From positions 12,586,198 to 12,650,197 of the forward strand of contig JARDVH010000169.1 in the NCBI GenBank assembly GCA_030324005.1: 64,000 bases of DNA. Direction: 5' to 3'. Position numbers and translations under genes: made by a program. Each line of letters begins with the position of its first letter. The first letter of the stretch is position 1. Source of the DNA: Negaprion brevirostris. Its lineage: Eukaryota. The notes under the pieces are model-generated. The model made no database searches. It was not told the DNA's origin and saw only the letters and a program-made list of their open reading frames with translations. Positions 10,582-22,990 of the stretch are shown in pieces.

Positions 10582-11879
10582 TGCTTGTGGTATCTGAAAA
10601 CCAAAATTACCTGAAATCCAAATGCAATCAGCCTCAGGGGTTTCAGATAAAGGATACTCGAAGTGTATAATAATCTGGCAGGGGAAATTAGTAACTTATG
10701 GGGAGTTGTAAAGCACTTGCTTCAACACAGTCTTCTCTTCTGTTGTATGTAATACTTAAAGTAAGTTTTCATTTTGAATTTATGTAGGTTTATAGGGAAA
10801 GATAATCATCTCCCTCTCATTTGAATGCTCTCATTATGAAAAATGACAGATCAGATTGTCATGGCTAATTCCAGATAAGGTTGTGTTTCTTGTCATAAAA
10901 TGACACATTTTAAATCTGACCTTGAACAGTTATTTTAAATAAGTGAAAATAGCTGTTAAAATATACTGTAAGAAAAAAGGACTTGAAGAAACGTGATCCA
11001 GGTTTTAGAATACTGCAAGATATGGATAATATAAATACTGCTAATTTATAAATAATTGTCAAACCAAAAGACAGAAATACAAGGTTGCAAAATCTTAAAT
11101 AAGAGTGTATTTGTGCTTTAATGTCCAAAGCACACTAAAGGCATTATAACATTGGTGTATAAATTCATTCCTTTCATTTCTTTAAAAAGATAGAAATATA
11201 GTTTGTTTTATATCTTGGCTTATTTTTATTTCCCTTTGGGGAATAGTGGCGAAATGTTGGCAGGATTAACAAGTTGATTATCAGCCTGGTTGAACAAGTC
11301 CAGGAGTGTGACTAAACCTGTAGCTTGGACTCAGAGGCAGTGGTGCTACCTACTAATAAATCACAAAACCTTCAATATAAAATAGTTCGCTTCTTCTATG
11401 ACTGCGGAAGTGCCAATTAGAATTGAATAATATAGATAGTTTATAATTTTACATCGATCTGTCAGATTAGTGTGACATTACCTTTTATTTGGTTTAGGGA
11501 AGAGTGGGTGAGGAATGCAAGAAGGAACATCAAAGTTTTACTAGTTGGAGCTTTTTCATCTCACACTGAATCCAATAAAGTATAAATCTTTTATGATCTG
11601 CTGCAAGGAATATGGAATCTGAGTGGGTTTCTCCCATTTCATACATTTTAATATCTTTGTGCGCAGACAGTTACAGTAGTAGTGCCCAGAGTCACCAGAG
11701 TGATGTCATGATAGGATTATATCTTAAACAATCAGAAGGCTGTATGGTAATATGTGATTGTGAATAGATGTCTGGCTCATTTGCAGGCGATATATAGCAC
11801 ATATACTCAAATTGTTACTCTGAAACATAAAATCCATTTCTGTTTACAATCTACTTGCCCTGAATGATATATTCTAAAA

Positions 11880-12330
11880 TTCATAAATGCTCAACAGATA
11901 ACTTGAAAAAGTGTTTCTCAGTGACCAAAAGAAGGAATCATGTGACAAGATTTTGGTTCTAAATTTTTTCTAGAACAAACACACCAAAATCAACATTGAC
12001 TAAACATTGCTTAGTCGGCAACTAATACACTGAATGTCATTCCCCATTAACTTCCAAATACAACCAAAAATGCCATGCCACATTTTGACATTACACTGCA
12101 CTCTTATGTTTGAAGTCCTAATCTCCTCTTCCATCCAGGCTTTAATAGGATTTCTTATCTCTGTCCCACCAAGGGAAGTCTTTCGATTAAACAAAATCCT
12201 CTTTACTCAATATTCTGAGCATATTCGATTGGACTTCTAGTAGAAAGGTACCCTGTGGCTTTGTTTTTTCACTCTTTACAAGCTTCATTTCTTTGAACAA
12301 GGGATCCATGCTCACCAGCACTCTGCTTGG
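11880..12330 (-). mobile_element. Possible very decayed L1/Tx1-like ORF2 C-terminus
   Basis: Minus-strand RVQCNVKMWHGIFG followed by Cys/His-containing text loosely resembles the WRILHG..C..C..H.F..C region; weak. Confidence 0.25.
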
Positions 12331-12360
12331 TGGTTAACTGAAACAATCCTTTTTTCCCTG

Positions 12361-13543
12361 TGTGTTGGGACATCAAGTACATAATTCATATGTTTTAGAA
12401 TATAACTTAGTTTTCGGAATTAAAGTGTTAAATGTAAGATAAGTGGAAACACTGATTGAGAAATGGGTACACAACCCCTGAGGTAAATACAATTCAAATC
12501 AACTTGAGTTAATTACAGTTAAAAGCTAATTTATGTTTTTATCTTACAAGAACAAAAGTAGAACTTAAACAATGGATGATTAGTCCTGAGGTTCTTAATG
12601 GAGTACGAAGTCTCACAATACCAGGTTTAAGTCCAACTGGTTAGACTTAAACCTGGTGTTGTAAGACTTCTTACTGTGTTTACCCCAGTCCAACGCTGGC
12701 ATCTCTACATCATTCTTAATGGAACCAGAAGGCCTACCCTTACTTCACTAAACCATTTAAATTATTTATGTAGTTCCCAGATGAATGAAGTGAAATGCTA
12801 GCAACTCTGGGTGAGAGGGCCATAAAACTTCATTGGAGATGTATATTACTTATAAGTCAAATCAAAGAGTTATGTTGAAGGTAGAATTAGTTAATTTATA
12901 TGGTTTTGGAACATCGCAAGTATGCCACCTTATCATGGAGATGGGCTATCAGGATTCTTTTGTTTAATTTATCTGGATGTTTCACAGAAGGCAGTTGTAG
13001 TTTTAGTCTTATGTAGATCACAGCTCACTTAGAGTTTGAGAGGAAAGGAGAGCCTAGCTTGAAGCTGTAGGAAGAAAACTACAGTGAGACCCGTAGTGAA
13101 AACAAGCCATCAGATTAAAGAATGTAATGAAGCTTAAGTTTGAACTGAGAAGCTCACAGTCTTTGATTTTGAAAGAAAATTGGAGAGTAGCTTAGAATTC
13201 CCATGACGTTTCATACTTTGGACATTAGCTGGAACACTGAAGAGAAATCAGAATTAATTTTGCAGGACTGTGGCATACCTTTGGTTCCAGGAAAAGTGAA
13301 TTAACCCATAAGATTTCACACATTAAAACAACCCTTGGGGAGAAGTAAATGTAAAACTGGATTCTTAGAATATGTAGTTATAGACTATAGTGCTAAATTG
13401 ATTGCTTTCCTTATTTTTTGTTCATATGTAGAATAATGTTTTCATGTGTAAACATGAAATCTTGTGATGTAATTTCTTTCATATGATTGCTGGATGTTTG
13501 AACTCCTCTTTAAATGTTAGCTGTCTCTACAGAGATCATAACA
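12361..13543 (+). mobile_element. Possible solo LTR (contains the Penelope hairpin)
   Basis: Begins TG, ends ...gatcataaca, flanked by cctg/cttg; composition is LTR-like. No coding support. Confidence 0.25.
12603..12712 (+). mobile_element. Short Penelope-like insertion with inverted 5' part and 11-bp TSD
   Basis: TSD TTCTTAATGGA at 12592-12602 and 12713-12723; arms gaagtctcacaataccaggtttaagtccaac / gttagacttaaacctggtgttgtaagacttc. Confidence 0.8.
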
Positions 13544-13879
13544 CTTGGGATAGCAGCACTTCTTGGGGGCCATCTTCGTCAAATCTCTGCCTGATGGACT
13601 CTGAGAGTTTGAACACCAAAAGACCAGTTGCCTCCTCTTTTTATATGCAAGTGTTAAAACTGCCATCTTATTGTCAATAAGTTTTGACATAGGCCCCTGT
13701 CTCCTAGCAACCAGGCTATACGCAAGAAAGATTTCATCAGCAGTCACAATCCCCTCCCCAAAACGGCTAAAACTACTTTTACTTTAAATGAAAGGAGACA
13801 GTCTAGTGTTCCAAACACACTGAAAGAACGCGTCATCCCCTGTTGTGGTTTCTGTAAATGTTTTACTGTATTTTACATC

Positions 13880-14198
13880 TTTCAGATGAGACAATTATTC
13901 AGGGCCCCATTAACCCTCTCACACGGATGTAAAAGATCCCATGGCACAATTGCAAAGAAGAGTGGTTATCTCTTTTGTACTGGACAATATGTATCCCTCA
14001 GTCAAAATCACTAAAAACAAATAATCTGGTCATTATCGTTGTTGCTCTTTATGGGACCTTGCTGTGTCCAAATTGCTTGCCTCGTCTCCTAAACATGACA
14101 ACAGTGATGACATTTCAAAAACGTGTACTTCATTGGCTGTAAAATGCTTTGAAACATCCAGAGGTTATGAAACGCCTGACATAAATGCAAGTGTTCCT
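13880..14198 (+). mobile_element. Deu-domain SINE (SacSINE1/AmnSINE1-like)
   Basis: cagatgagac...gatgtaaaagatcccatggcac...gaagag...tccctca...atctggtcattatc...gggaccttgctgtg.ccaaattg...tacttcattggctgtaaa...taaatgcaagt recalls the Deu domain plus L2-type tail. Confidence 0.8.
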
Positions 14199-14526
14199 TT
14201 AAAAAAAAAGTCCCTTCACAAAGCCTTACAAATTGTGTGTTCTTAAGCAGTGCATCTATGCAATATAGTATTCTTTTGCTTCACTAGTAATTTTCAATGA
14301 TTAAAAAGTTGGCAAAACAGTCTGATTAGACAATCTGCTCTTTTCATTCAGTCAAAAATAAGCAGTGTCCTGTACTGACATTGCAAGGTTAGCCCAACAA
14401 AAGGTAGGTTTTGTGTGAGCTGTAGTTATGCTATGACCAGTGCAAAACAAGTTGATGGATGCAATCTGTGGGAGATATCTTAATTTCCCTCAGTACTTCC
14501 AAATTATGGAGTAAGTTATTCGTATT

Positions 14527-15468
14527 GTTGGAGATTAATCATCTCAGTTCCAGGACCTCATTGCAGGGTTTCCTCAGGGAAGTGTTCTATGCCCCAACCA
14601 CCTTCATCAATGACCTTCCTTCTGTCACAAGGTCAGAAGTAGAAATGTTCACAGATGACTGTATTGTTCAGCATCGTTCATTCCTCAGATACTGAAGCAG
14701 TTCATGTCCAAATACAGCAAGACCTGGACAATATCCAGACTTAGGATGACAAATGACAAGTAACATTCGCACCACACAAGTGCCAGGCAATGACCACCTC
14801 CAACAAAAGAGGTTTTGACCATCGCCCCTTGACATTCAATGGCATTAGTATCACTGAATACCCACAATCAACATCCTGGAGATGAGCATTGACCAGAATC
14901 TGAATTGGTATAGCCATGTAAATACTGTGGCTACTCTTGAGCCCCCCCAAAACCTGTCCACTATTTACAAGACAGAAGTCAGGAATGACTAACTAACTCT
15001 CCACTTAGTTAGATGAATACAGCTTCAATAACACTCAAGAAGCTTGACATCATCCAGGAAAAATCAGCCTGCTTGATGGCTACCTCTTCCACAAACATTC
15101 CACCGCTAATAGACAGTGGCAGCAGTGCATGCTATATACAAGAAGCACTCATAAACTCACGAAAGTTCCTTAGGCAGTGACTTCCAAACCTACAACCTAT
15201 CTAGAAGGACAAGAGCAGCAGATAGCCAGGATAACACCACCCTAGAGGTTCCCCTCCAAGTCATTCACCATCCTGACTTGGAAATATATTGCTGTTCCTT
15301 CACTGTCGCTGTGTTAAAATCCATCCCTCTCTAACAGCACTGTGACTGTACTTACACTTGAGAGATTGCAGTGGTTCACCATCACCCTCTGAAGGGCAAC
15401 TAGGCACAGGCAATAATTGCTGGCTGAGCCAACGACAACAGCCACATCTTTAGAAGTGAATTTTAAAA
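14527..15468 (+). mobile_element. CR1-group LINE 3' part (RT domain to tail), family distinct from HER1
   Basis: Decayed GFPQGSVL..., FINDLPSVTRSEVEMFTDDC RT motifs; tail aagggcaactaggcacaggcaataattgctggc...gaattttaaaa. Confidence 0.85.
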
Positions 15469-15639
15469 TATATATGTTTATTTGAGTTGTAAAAGTAGCT
15501 TTAATGTTTGCAAGCCATACATATCTAATTCTTGTATGGATCCCCTACCATACTGATTACTCGGTCTCATCAAAACCACAGCATTGCAACACCATGTGAC
15601 ATGAAAGCTGCTGAACTGTCATGCCTGTAGTCAGGGATA

Positions 15640-15942
15640 TCATAGAATCCCTACAGTGCAGAAGGAAGCCAATTGGCCCATTGAGTCTGCACCAACACCA
15701 ATCCCATCCAGGCTCTATCCTTAGTTACCCTGCTGATCCCTCTAACCCATCACATCCTGGGAACCTAAGGGTTAACTTAGCATGTCCAATCAACCCAACC
15801 CGCACATCTTTGGACTGTGAGGAAACCGGAGCACCCGAAAGAAACCCACGCAGAAACGGGGAAAACGTGCAAACCCCACACGGACAGTGACCCAAACCGG
15901 GAATTGAACCCAGGTCCCTAATCACTGTGCCACCATACTGCC
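15640..15942 (-). mobile_element. HE1-like V-SINE, near full length
   Basis: Minus strand ggcagtatggtggcacagtg...gggttcaattcccgg (A/B boxes), V-domain, CR1-type tail ctgcactgtagggattctatga. Confidence 0.9.
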
Positions 15943-16377
15943 ATGATGATTGGTGCAAAATCAGTGCTGGATAGATCTAAAATATTGTTCAAGTTGCTGT
16001 TGTAGAAAGAGGAGAGCAACTTTGCAGGACTTTTGCTCATGGCAGGAATGAGTTTGATATGACTAATAATCTTTCACACATTGTGCTTTCTTATGGAACC
16101 TGAATTTTCACCATTCTTCATTGATCACAGCATAGGTCAAGCCAGTAAACGTTGTACTGTCGAACTTTTGGGGAACAATTATTTTGAAGGAATTTGTTTT
16201 TTCTGTGGGATTACTAAACCTGCAAATAAATTGAAAGTCTGAAAATTCAATCAGGTCGTACTTTTACAATGCGACCAGGGAGTTCAGTTATCTACTAGCA
16301 ACTTAGCAAATGGTGTTTCACATTATAGCAATAGAGTGATGTAATGTAAAGCACATTCTCTAATGTAGTGGTAGTCA

Positions 16378-16590
16378 AGTGGATGTTAAAAATCCAATGA
16401 CACTGCTCAAAGAAGAACAGTAATTCTCTGTGGCTTATCCGAGTGCTATCAATCACTGTCACCAAAAAGAGGAATTAACTAGTCAGTCATCTCGTCACTT
16501 CTATGTTAGCCAACATAACCATGTCACTGCAGTTCCAAGTAATTCATTGTGAAACACTTCGCGACCTTTAAAGCAGTGATAATGTGTGGT
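16378..16590 (+). mobile_element. Deu-domain SINE, highly decayed
   Basis: gtggatgttaaaaatccaatgacactgctcaaagaagaacag...aagtaattcattgtgaaacactt aligns loosely with 13880-14198. Confidence 0.5.
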
Positions 16591-16839
16591 GATTAAGTAA
16601 TGATAGATGCACACTGGTTGTTTCTTTTTCTGCATTACTTACTTTAATGTAACAGTGTTCAAGTTTCTCAGAAGTAGCATTCTCTTCCTTCAGTTTCAGG
16701 GGTTTTTATGGTTTATCCTTTTTTCTGGCTGCATACGTATTCCGCAGTTTTTTTGGAATACATCAACCAACAGGATAACAAAGACTGGATCGCTGCGTAG
16801 TTGGGCTGACTCTGGAGGACTTTAAAAATAGAGGACCCA

Positions 16840-17432
16840 ACCCAGACGCAAAGCTCCCAATGCCATTTTCACCAGTTTTGTTTGTGGAAGGAAGAGGTGG
16901 GGTATGAATCACATGAAACTCACACAAAACAGGGTCATTTGAAATTTCTGCTGAGTTCAAACAGATCCTACTTTGGTGATTGTAAGGGCCATGCCTTGAA
17001 GTGTGAGAGTCCCAAATTGATGGAGGAAACAAACGGTCTTGATGGATGGACGTCTGTTAAGTCTCATGATCAAAGTTATTTAAAACCATAGCCAGTTCAA
17101 CGCAAAGCACAGAAGCTGCAGCTGTCAGTTTATAAAACAAATATGTGTTTCTGGAGTAGATTGATTGACAAGCCATCTGGTGTACCTTTGAAAAAAAATA
17201 CCATCACCATCTGTTCCTGCAGTTTTAATAGGCTCTATTGTTAACACTTCCCAAGGTGTGTTATTACAACTGAACTCATTATGAATGTTTGGCTGAGTTT
17301 CAGAATTTCCCGGTAATGGCTTATGATCAATCACTGTGATGAAGTGTCTACTGTAGATGTACTGGTGGAATTTTTTAATGCCAAAGACAACTTCCAACCC
17401 CTCTTTTTTGATTTGGGAATACCTCTGTTCAG
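16840..17432 (-). mobile_element. Ty3/Gypsy pol remnant (RNase H and integrase)
   Basis: EQRYSQIKKEGLEVVFGIKKFHQYIYSRHFITVIDHKPL is the Gypsy RNase H motif; HVIHTPPLPSTNKTGE resembles the integrase H..S.PYHP.SNG.AE motif. Confidence 0.85.
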
Positions 17433-17974
17433 NNNNNNNNNNNNNNNNNNNNNNNNNNNNNNNNNNNNNNNNNNNNNNNNNNNNNNNNNNNNNNNNNNNN
17501 NNNNNNNNNNNNNNNNNNNNNNNNNNNNNNNNNNNNNNNNNNNNNNNNNNNNNNNNNNNNNNNNNNNNNNNNNNNNNNNNNNNNNNNNNNNNNNNNNNNN
17601 NNNNNNNNNNNNNNNNNNNNNNNNNNNNNNNNNNNNNNNNNNNNNNNNNNNNNNNNNNNNNNNNNNNNNNNNNNNNNNNNNNNNNNNNNNNNNNNNNNNN
17701 NNNNNNNNNNNNNNNNNNNNNNNNNNNNNNNNNNNNNNNNNNNNNNNNNNNNNNNNNNNNNNNNNNNNNNNNNNNNNNNNNNNNNNNNNNNNNNNNNNNN
17801 NNNNNNNNNNNNNNNNNNNNNNNNNNNNNNNNNNNNNNNNNNNNNNNNNNNNNNNNNNNNNNNNNNNNNNNNNNNNNNNNNNNNNNNNNNNNNNNNNNNN
17901 NNNNNNNNNNNNNNNNNNNNNNNNNNNNNNNNNNNNNNNNNNNNNNNNNNNNNNNNNNNNNNNNNNNNNNNNNN

Positions 17975-18072
17975 AAATTCCACAAGCTGCCCTAGTGGCT
18001 TTGGAACCCATATCCACAGAGCATTATCCTGCTCCTCGATTACTAGTCCAGTGGTATTACCACTACACCATT
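17975..18072 (-). mobile_element. tRNA-like head of the SINE/LINE family at 9331 and 32086
   Basis: Minus strand tggtgtagtggtaataccactggactagtaatc...aatgctctgtggatatgggttcc...ggcagcttgtggaattt; runs into a gap. Confidence 0.7.
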
Positions 18073-20002
18073 TTGTCCCCAAGCTGTCTCTGATTACTGA
18101 GGTGTCTCAATCTCTTCATTGCAATCCAAAAATCAGTTCCAGGAATGTTAAACAACTGATCTAATGAAGATCCTTTTCTGAGCATGATTGAAGGGGAAAA
18201 AATGTATCCACAAACTTTGAAAATAACAGTACTTATTGAATACTCATTGTTTATACACTTAGAGTACAGCAACATAATTTTTAGTATCTTTATGCTAATT
18301 TAGAGTTCCTTGTTTATTTTTGCAGAATTAATCTTCTCTGGGCTCATCAGCACTAGCCTTCAAAACCCCAGTAGTTCTGTGGAGATGTGTGGCTTCAGTT
18401 CCATAATGCACATCTGGAAGGAATGTTGCATTTTTTTTAGGTGAAAAAAAATCTGCTCAGTTGCATGTGTGTAGTTTCATTATTTTTTTTCAAGCCAAAG
18501 ATTTCCTGCAGCTATGGAAATTTCCAGTGAAAGGCAAAAGGGAAAAAAAAGCAGCTCCTTTTCTCAGTTTATCTGCAAACACAATACCGAAGCCATTGAT
18601 TGATGATGACAAGTAAAAGTTCAATACCATCCCAGGAAAGCATGGAATTCTTTTTTTGGCACAAGTGTGTTAGAAATTATGATATGTCAGAACTTTTTTC
18701 ATTACTCTCTGGTTTTCGAAATAGATTATTGCTGGAATGAAACAATACTCACATGTCATAATGATTAGCTTGGAAGTGACCCTCATATAGTTTAGACATC
18801 TGAATTCTATTCTAGTGTTACCAACGTGTTTTCAGCCCTGCCAAAAGTTTGAGCAGGTCTATATTTCCTTTAGAACATCAAACCAAAAAGATTTATCATG
18901 GAGATTTATCATGGGACAGACATCCAGATGGTCTGGGTATTTTAGCTGTTGGTCTGGTGTGGGCCTGATTGGACCCATGTCATTGCCTAGTTAGAATCTA
19001 ATACATCAGCTATTCTAGGGAACTGCTTGACTTTCTTTGAGTAATGTAGAAATATTAATGTCCTGGCAGATGTGGAATAGCTTGTCATTTTAAAGGAAAA
19101 CCAAGCCATACCCAATTACCCTTAATTATGTTATAATTAGAGTATGATTTGTGTTATAAAAACTGCTGGCTCAGAGAAATATTTATTCTGATAAATCACA
19201 TTTAATGTGTGTTAAAATAAAAACCTCTCACAAAATGTTGAAAAGAATAATAACAAAAAGAGGAACATAGGAGGAGCACTGCAGGATGAGAAGAATTGCA
19301 CCTAACATTACAGTGAAAGCAATAATACCCCTGATTTTGATAATTAAGTTGTCAACTGGAAATTATTTTTTGTTAATTAGTGTTAAACAACATGTATGGC
19401 TATGGCTGTCATAGAATTTGTACATTCTAGTTTTGTATGTAAGGTACTACATCTCTCATCATTCTAATAAATAAGGACAACTCATTTCTATTTCAGGATT
19501 TGATTGGGTGATCAGTTTTGACATGCACTGTCACTACAAGATGATACAGTTCACTGAATCCAATTTTAACTGTTGATTTCAGGATACTGTGATTTTGTTC
19601 TCTAACGTCTTTGATTTTCGCAGAGCTGGTGACTAAAATAGCATAAAAACTGATGATTAACCTTTGCACTGGTAACGAGACTAACTATTAAAAACCAAAA
19701 TGTTTATTTCACAAAATGGATAGAACTTAGTAAATAAAATGCATTTTGTCTTTCTGACACCAGTCAAATGTTCAGAACGGCTTTTAAAAAAGGCTATCCC
19801 AGAATTGCAAATTAAGGATGTGAGGTGGTCTTTGCTTTGTATCCACATAAACTGTGAAGTGTAATTTTGGTGTGAAATTGTTTGATTCACATCTAATATT
19901 GCACTAGACCAGTGCTAGTGTCACTGACTCCTGATGCATGCGTTTCATGCAACTTGTAACTTGCATTTACTGGGTTTTTCTAAAGCTAATTTCCAAGAGG
20001 AT

Positions 20003-20205
20003 ACAATCATGCAGCACAGAAAGAGGGCCAATTGGCCCATCATGCATGTGCTGGCCCTTTGAAAAATCTTTCTAATTAGTTCCAGTCACTTGCTCTCTCC
20101 CTGTGGCCCTGCAAATGTTTTCTTTTTGTAAATATCCAATTCCCTTTTCAAAATTACAGTGATGCCTGTTAAATCCAGCACCCTTTTAGACAGTGCATTC
20201 CACAC
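20003..20205 (-). mobile_element. CR1-like 3' tail
   Basis: cagcacagaaagaggcccaattggcccatc...atatccaattcccttttcaaa...gacagtgcattccaca is a reverse CR1 3' end. Confidence 0.6.
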
Positions 20206-20302
20206 CTGGTAAAAATGGGTCTTCTCAGCAAACAACCTTAGTGAATTCTGTTAAGCTTGTTTATTAGCTGTGGCCAGCTTTGTGATAGTCACCTGCTGGG
20301 AA

Positions 20303-20475
20303 TTCTTTTTCCCAAAAATATACTTTATTCATAAAATTTATCAAGGTATTTTACATAACGGTTCAAATTTTACATTACACAAAATGCAATGTTGTTTAAT
20401 TTATCTCAATACAGTAAGTGGCACTCTGAAATGCCTCACAAATACATACAATTATAGTATTGAACAATGGTGTCA
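20303..20475 (-). mobile_element. Possible L1/Tx1-type 3' UTR
   Basis: Minus strand ends aataaagtatatttttgggaaaaagaa (polyA signal plus A-rich end). Confidence 0.35.
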
Positions 20476-22624
20476 CAAGCACAAGTCAGTGCACAGCATG
20501 AGGAGTTTTTGGTTAAGTGGATGTTGGGCCCACCTCCAGGAAGTAGCTTCACACCACAGAGCAATGGTTAAAAATTTCCCGCTGGTCCATTGATTTCCCT
20601 GGACCAGGAAGTTTTTAACCTTCATTTTTAATCATCTTAATGTTAGCAGAAAGCCAGTGGTACAGTAAGCTCTGTGCTAACATTAAATTGTAACTAGCAT
20701 TTGGATCCTATAGAGCAATGCTTTTTGCATGCGTGGAAGCACTCATACAGAAAGCTAACTCCTATTCCCTCAGCTGGAGACTAATGTGCATCACCAGTTG
20801 CCTTGGCTTTAGTTGGCCGATTTGCTACAGAACAAATTTTAAATTCACCTTTAATCCCAACGGCTGTTTCCAAATTTTTGTTGCTCTAAAAAGCTCCACA
20901 TGACAAAAACTGCATTATCTCTCTTGTGACATTGCAGCTTTATTACATTGCCTTCATTTCTCAACTAGAAAATACAGTCATGCAGTTAAGTACATAATAT
21001 ACTGTGAGCTCTGCATCANNNNNNNNNNNNNNNNNNNNNNNNNNNNNNNNNNNNNNNNNNNNNNNNNNNNNNNNNNNNNNNNNNNNNNNNNNNNNNNNNN
21101 NNNNNNNNNNNNNNNNNNAATATACTGTGAGCTCTTCATCATGTACTACTATAATTAGCTTTGTCAGGTTCTAGCCTTACAACCTTTATGCAGATAATAT
21201 GATAATATGTCTTCATAACCAGATGACCTTACATGCACAATATTTCTCTCCTTATGAAGATTGCATGTCAATAAAGTAATTGACTCTCAGAAGCAGTGCC
21301 AAGTGAAGATACATGATTGGACTTTCAGAGCAGTGATGTACAATCATTATTATTCTCTGTGTCAGATATCTGCATGCAGGCTTCTGATGGTCATACAATG
21401 ACAAGGCTGGGGGTTATGTATAGAGAGAGAAGAGAAAGGCTAGGAATGATATCTTCCAGTCAGATGATGCACCCCTCTGAGTGATCTTCCTTTTCCATCA
21501 ATGTGACATTAAATTTTGAGCTAACAGTTATTGGTGTTGATAGGCACACCCCATGCGGTGAGCCAAACATGGTTGTTTTGATCCCTTGTTCTTTTATTTC
21601 CATCCCTTTTCCCTGTTTTCTGTCACCATGTCATGTTAAATCATTGTTTAGTGGCAGAAGCAGGACCCTCAGGTATTGCGGTATCAAGCTTCCAGAGGCA
21701 TTATAAAATGAATATAATAATGTGAACCGGAAAATAGCACAGACCACTTATCAGGCTGGAAAACATCTAATAAGTGTTGTTAGTGGTTTCTGTTGGGCAC
21801 AAAACCAGGCGTTCATCCCCCAGTCATGCAGGTGTGGATTATGCTGTCTGAGAGTCCAGTTATGGGCAACCTTGGCAGATTACTATTGATGTCTGTCACT
21901 TCATGGCTGTCAAGCTGCTTATCTGACTTGCGTTCAAAGAAGCAGAGTGTTCTGGGTCCATGCTACACTGTTGTGCATGAAAAGAAATCTATAAAACCTA
22001 GACAATTGAGTCAAACAGTTGATGTAAATTCTGTTGCCCTTGGAGAATTTTGTTAATGAGTGTATCAAATTAATGGTTTTACTGGAGTGGCCCGTTTTGA
22101 ATGAGGAAGGTTTGAAAACGCAACAAGGAGGAATACCATGTTGCTGCAATTTCTATCCCCAGCTTCAGAATAACTAACGCACATTACCAAACAAATTGAA
22201 AAAAGAACAAATATCAGTTTGCATCTTTACTTGTAAGGTAAAACTGCATGAAATTGTTTTCTGTTGTGGTGATTATTAATGGCCAGTAAATATATTTTAA
22301 ATTTGCAATTATATGTGCTTGGAGAAAGTTAATTTAGTACTCTGTGGAATGATCAGGATTAAGTGCAGTGCATGAATTTACTCTTTAGTTTACTTATTTT
22401 CTCATCAGATGTTGACATTTTAATATATTATTATTGTCGCATTATTATTGTGTCCATTGTCTCAGTATCATATATAAAGTTTATTATTACATCCAGCCAT
22501 CACCTAATTAAAATAAATATTAAATTTGTACAGCTTCAACTGCGATATTTGTTTGTTAAAAATTGCCTCTTCCAGATTTGAGCACAAAATCTGGACTTAT
22601 TTCAGCAATAAGTTGAAATATTAG

Positions 22625-22945
22625 AAGCAGTTTTTTCCAGTTGCGGCATTAAAGCATAGTTCCATCTGCCTGGTTAAGTGAATATGAAAAATCTCATACA
22701 GCAATTAAGGATTTAGCAAGGCATTTTCCTGACGTGTTGGCCATCATTTCTCCCTCAACCAATACTGGCATAAAATTCAAATGAAGTGGTTCAGTCATTC
22801 ATTAGCTGTTTGTTTCTAAGTCTTACTATGTATTAATTGGCTCTGAACTTTGCCTATATTAATAAGAGTGAAGTTGATTGCATTTCAAAAGTACTGTATA
22901 GGATGTAACATGTTTTAGATACCCTAAAAGTTTGGTAAGATGTTA
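22625..22945 (+). mobile_element. Deu-domain SINE, decayed
   Basis: ccatctgcctggttaagtgaatatgaaaaatctcat...tcctgacgtgttggccatcatttctccctcaaccaa...tttcaaaagtact. Confidence 0.6.
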
Positions 22946-22990
22946 ATTTGTCATTTGTCAATTTTTGGTAAGATGTTAATTTGTCATTTG
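22931..22990. repeat. 27-bp direct duplication
   Basis: tttggtaagatgttaatttgtcatttg at 22931-22957 and 22964-22990. Confidence 0.9.

Larger units (their letters stand above)
10039..10665 (-). mobile_element. Tigger/pogo-like (Tigger4/MER46-type TIR) non-autonomous DNA transposon with nested insertions
   Basis: TA-flanked ends (ta|tagcttgagtagcctttgtccacaaatcc ... gataaaggatactcgaagtg|ta); both ends and an internal motif align with the copy at 51463-52083. Confidence 0.65.

Noticed and set aside
12603-12676. Pre-miRNA or CRISPR-like palindrome
   Set aside because: Explained by an inverted Penelope end with a TSD; no spacer array, and the DNA is eukaryotic.
15905-15942. tRNA genes at SINE heads
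   Set aside because: Only A/B-box-like remnants continuous with SINE bodies; no cloverleaf.
17125-18093. Long ORFs spanning N runs (also 32925, 37142, 55909, 59115, 63220)
   Set aside because: Length is an artefact of translating gaps as X.
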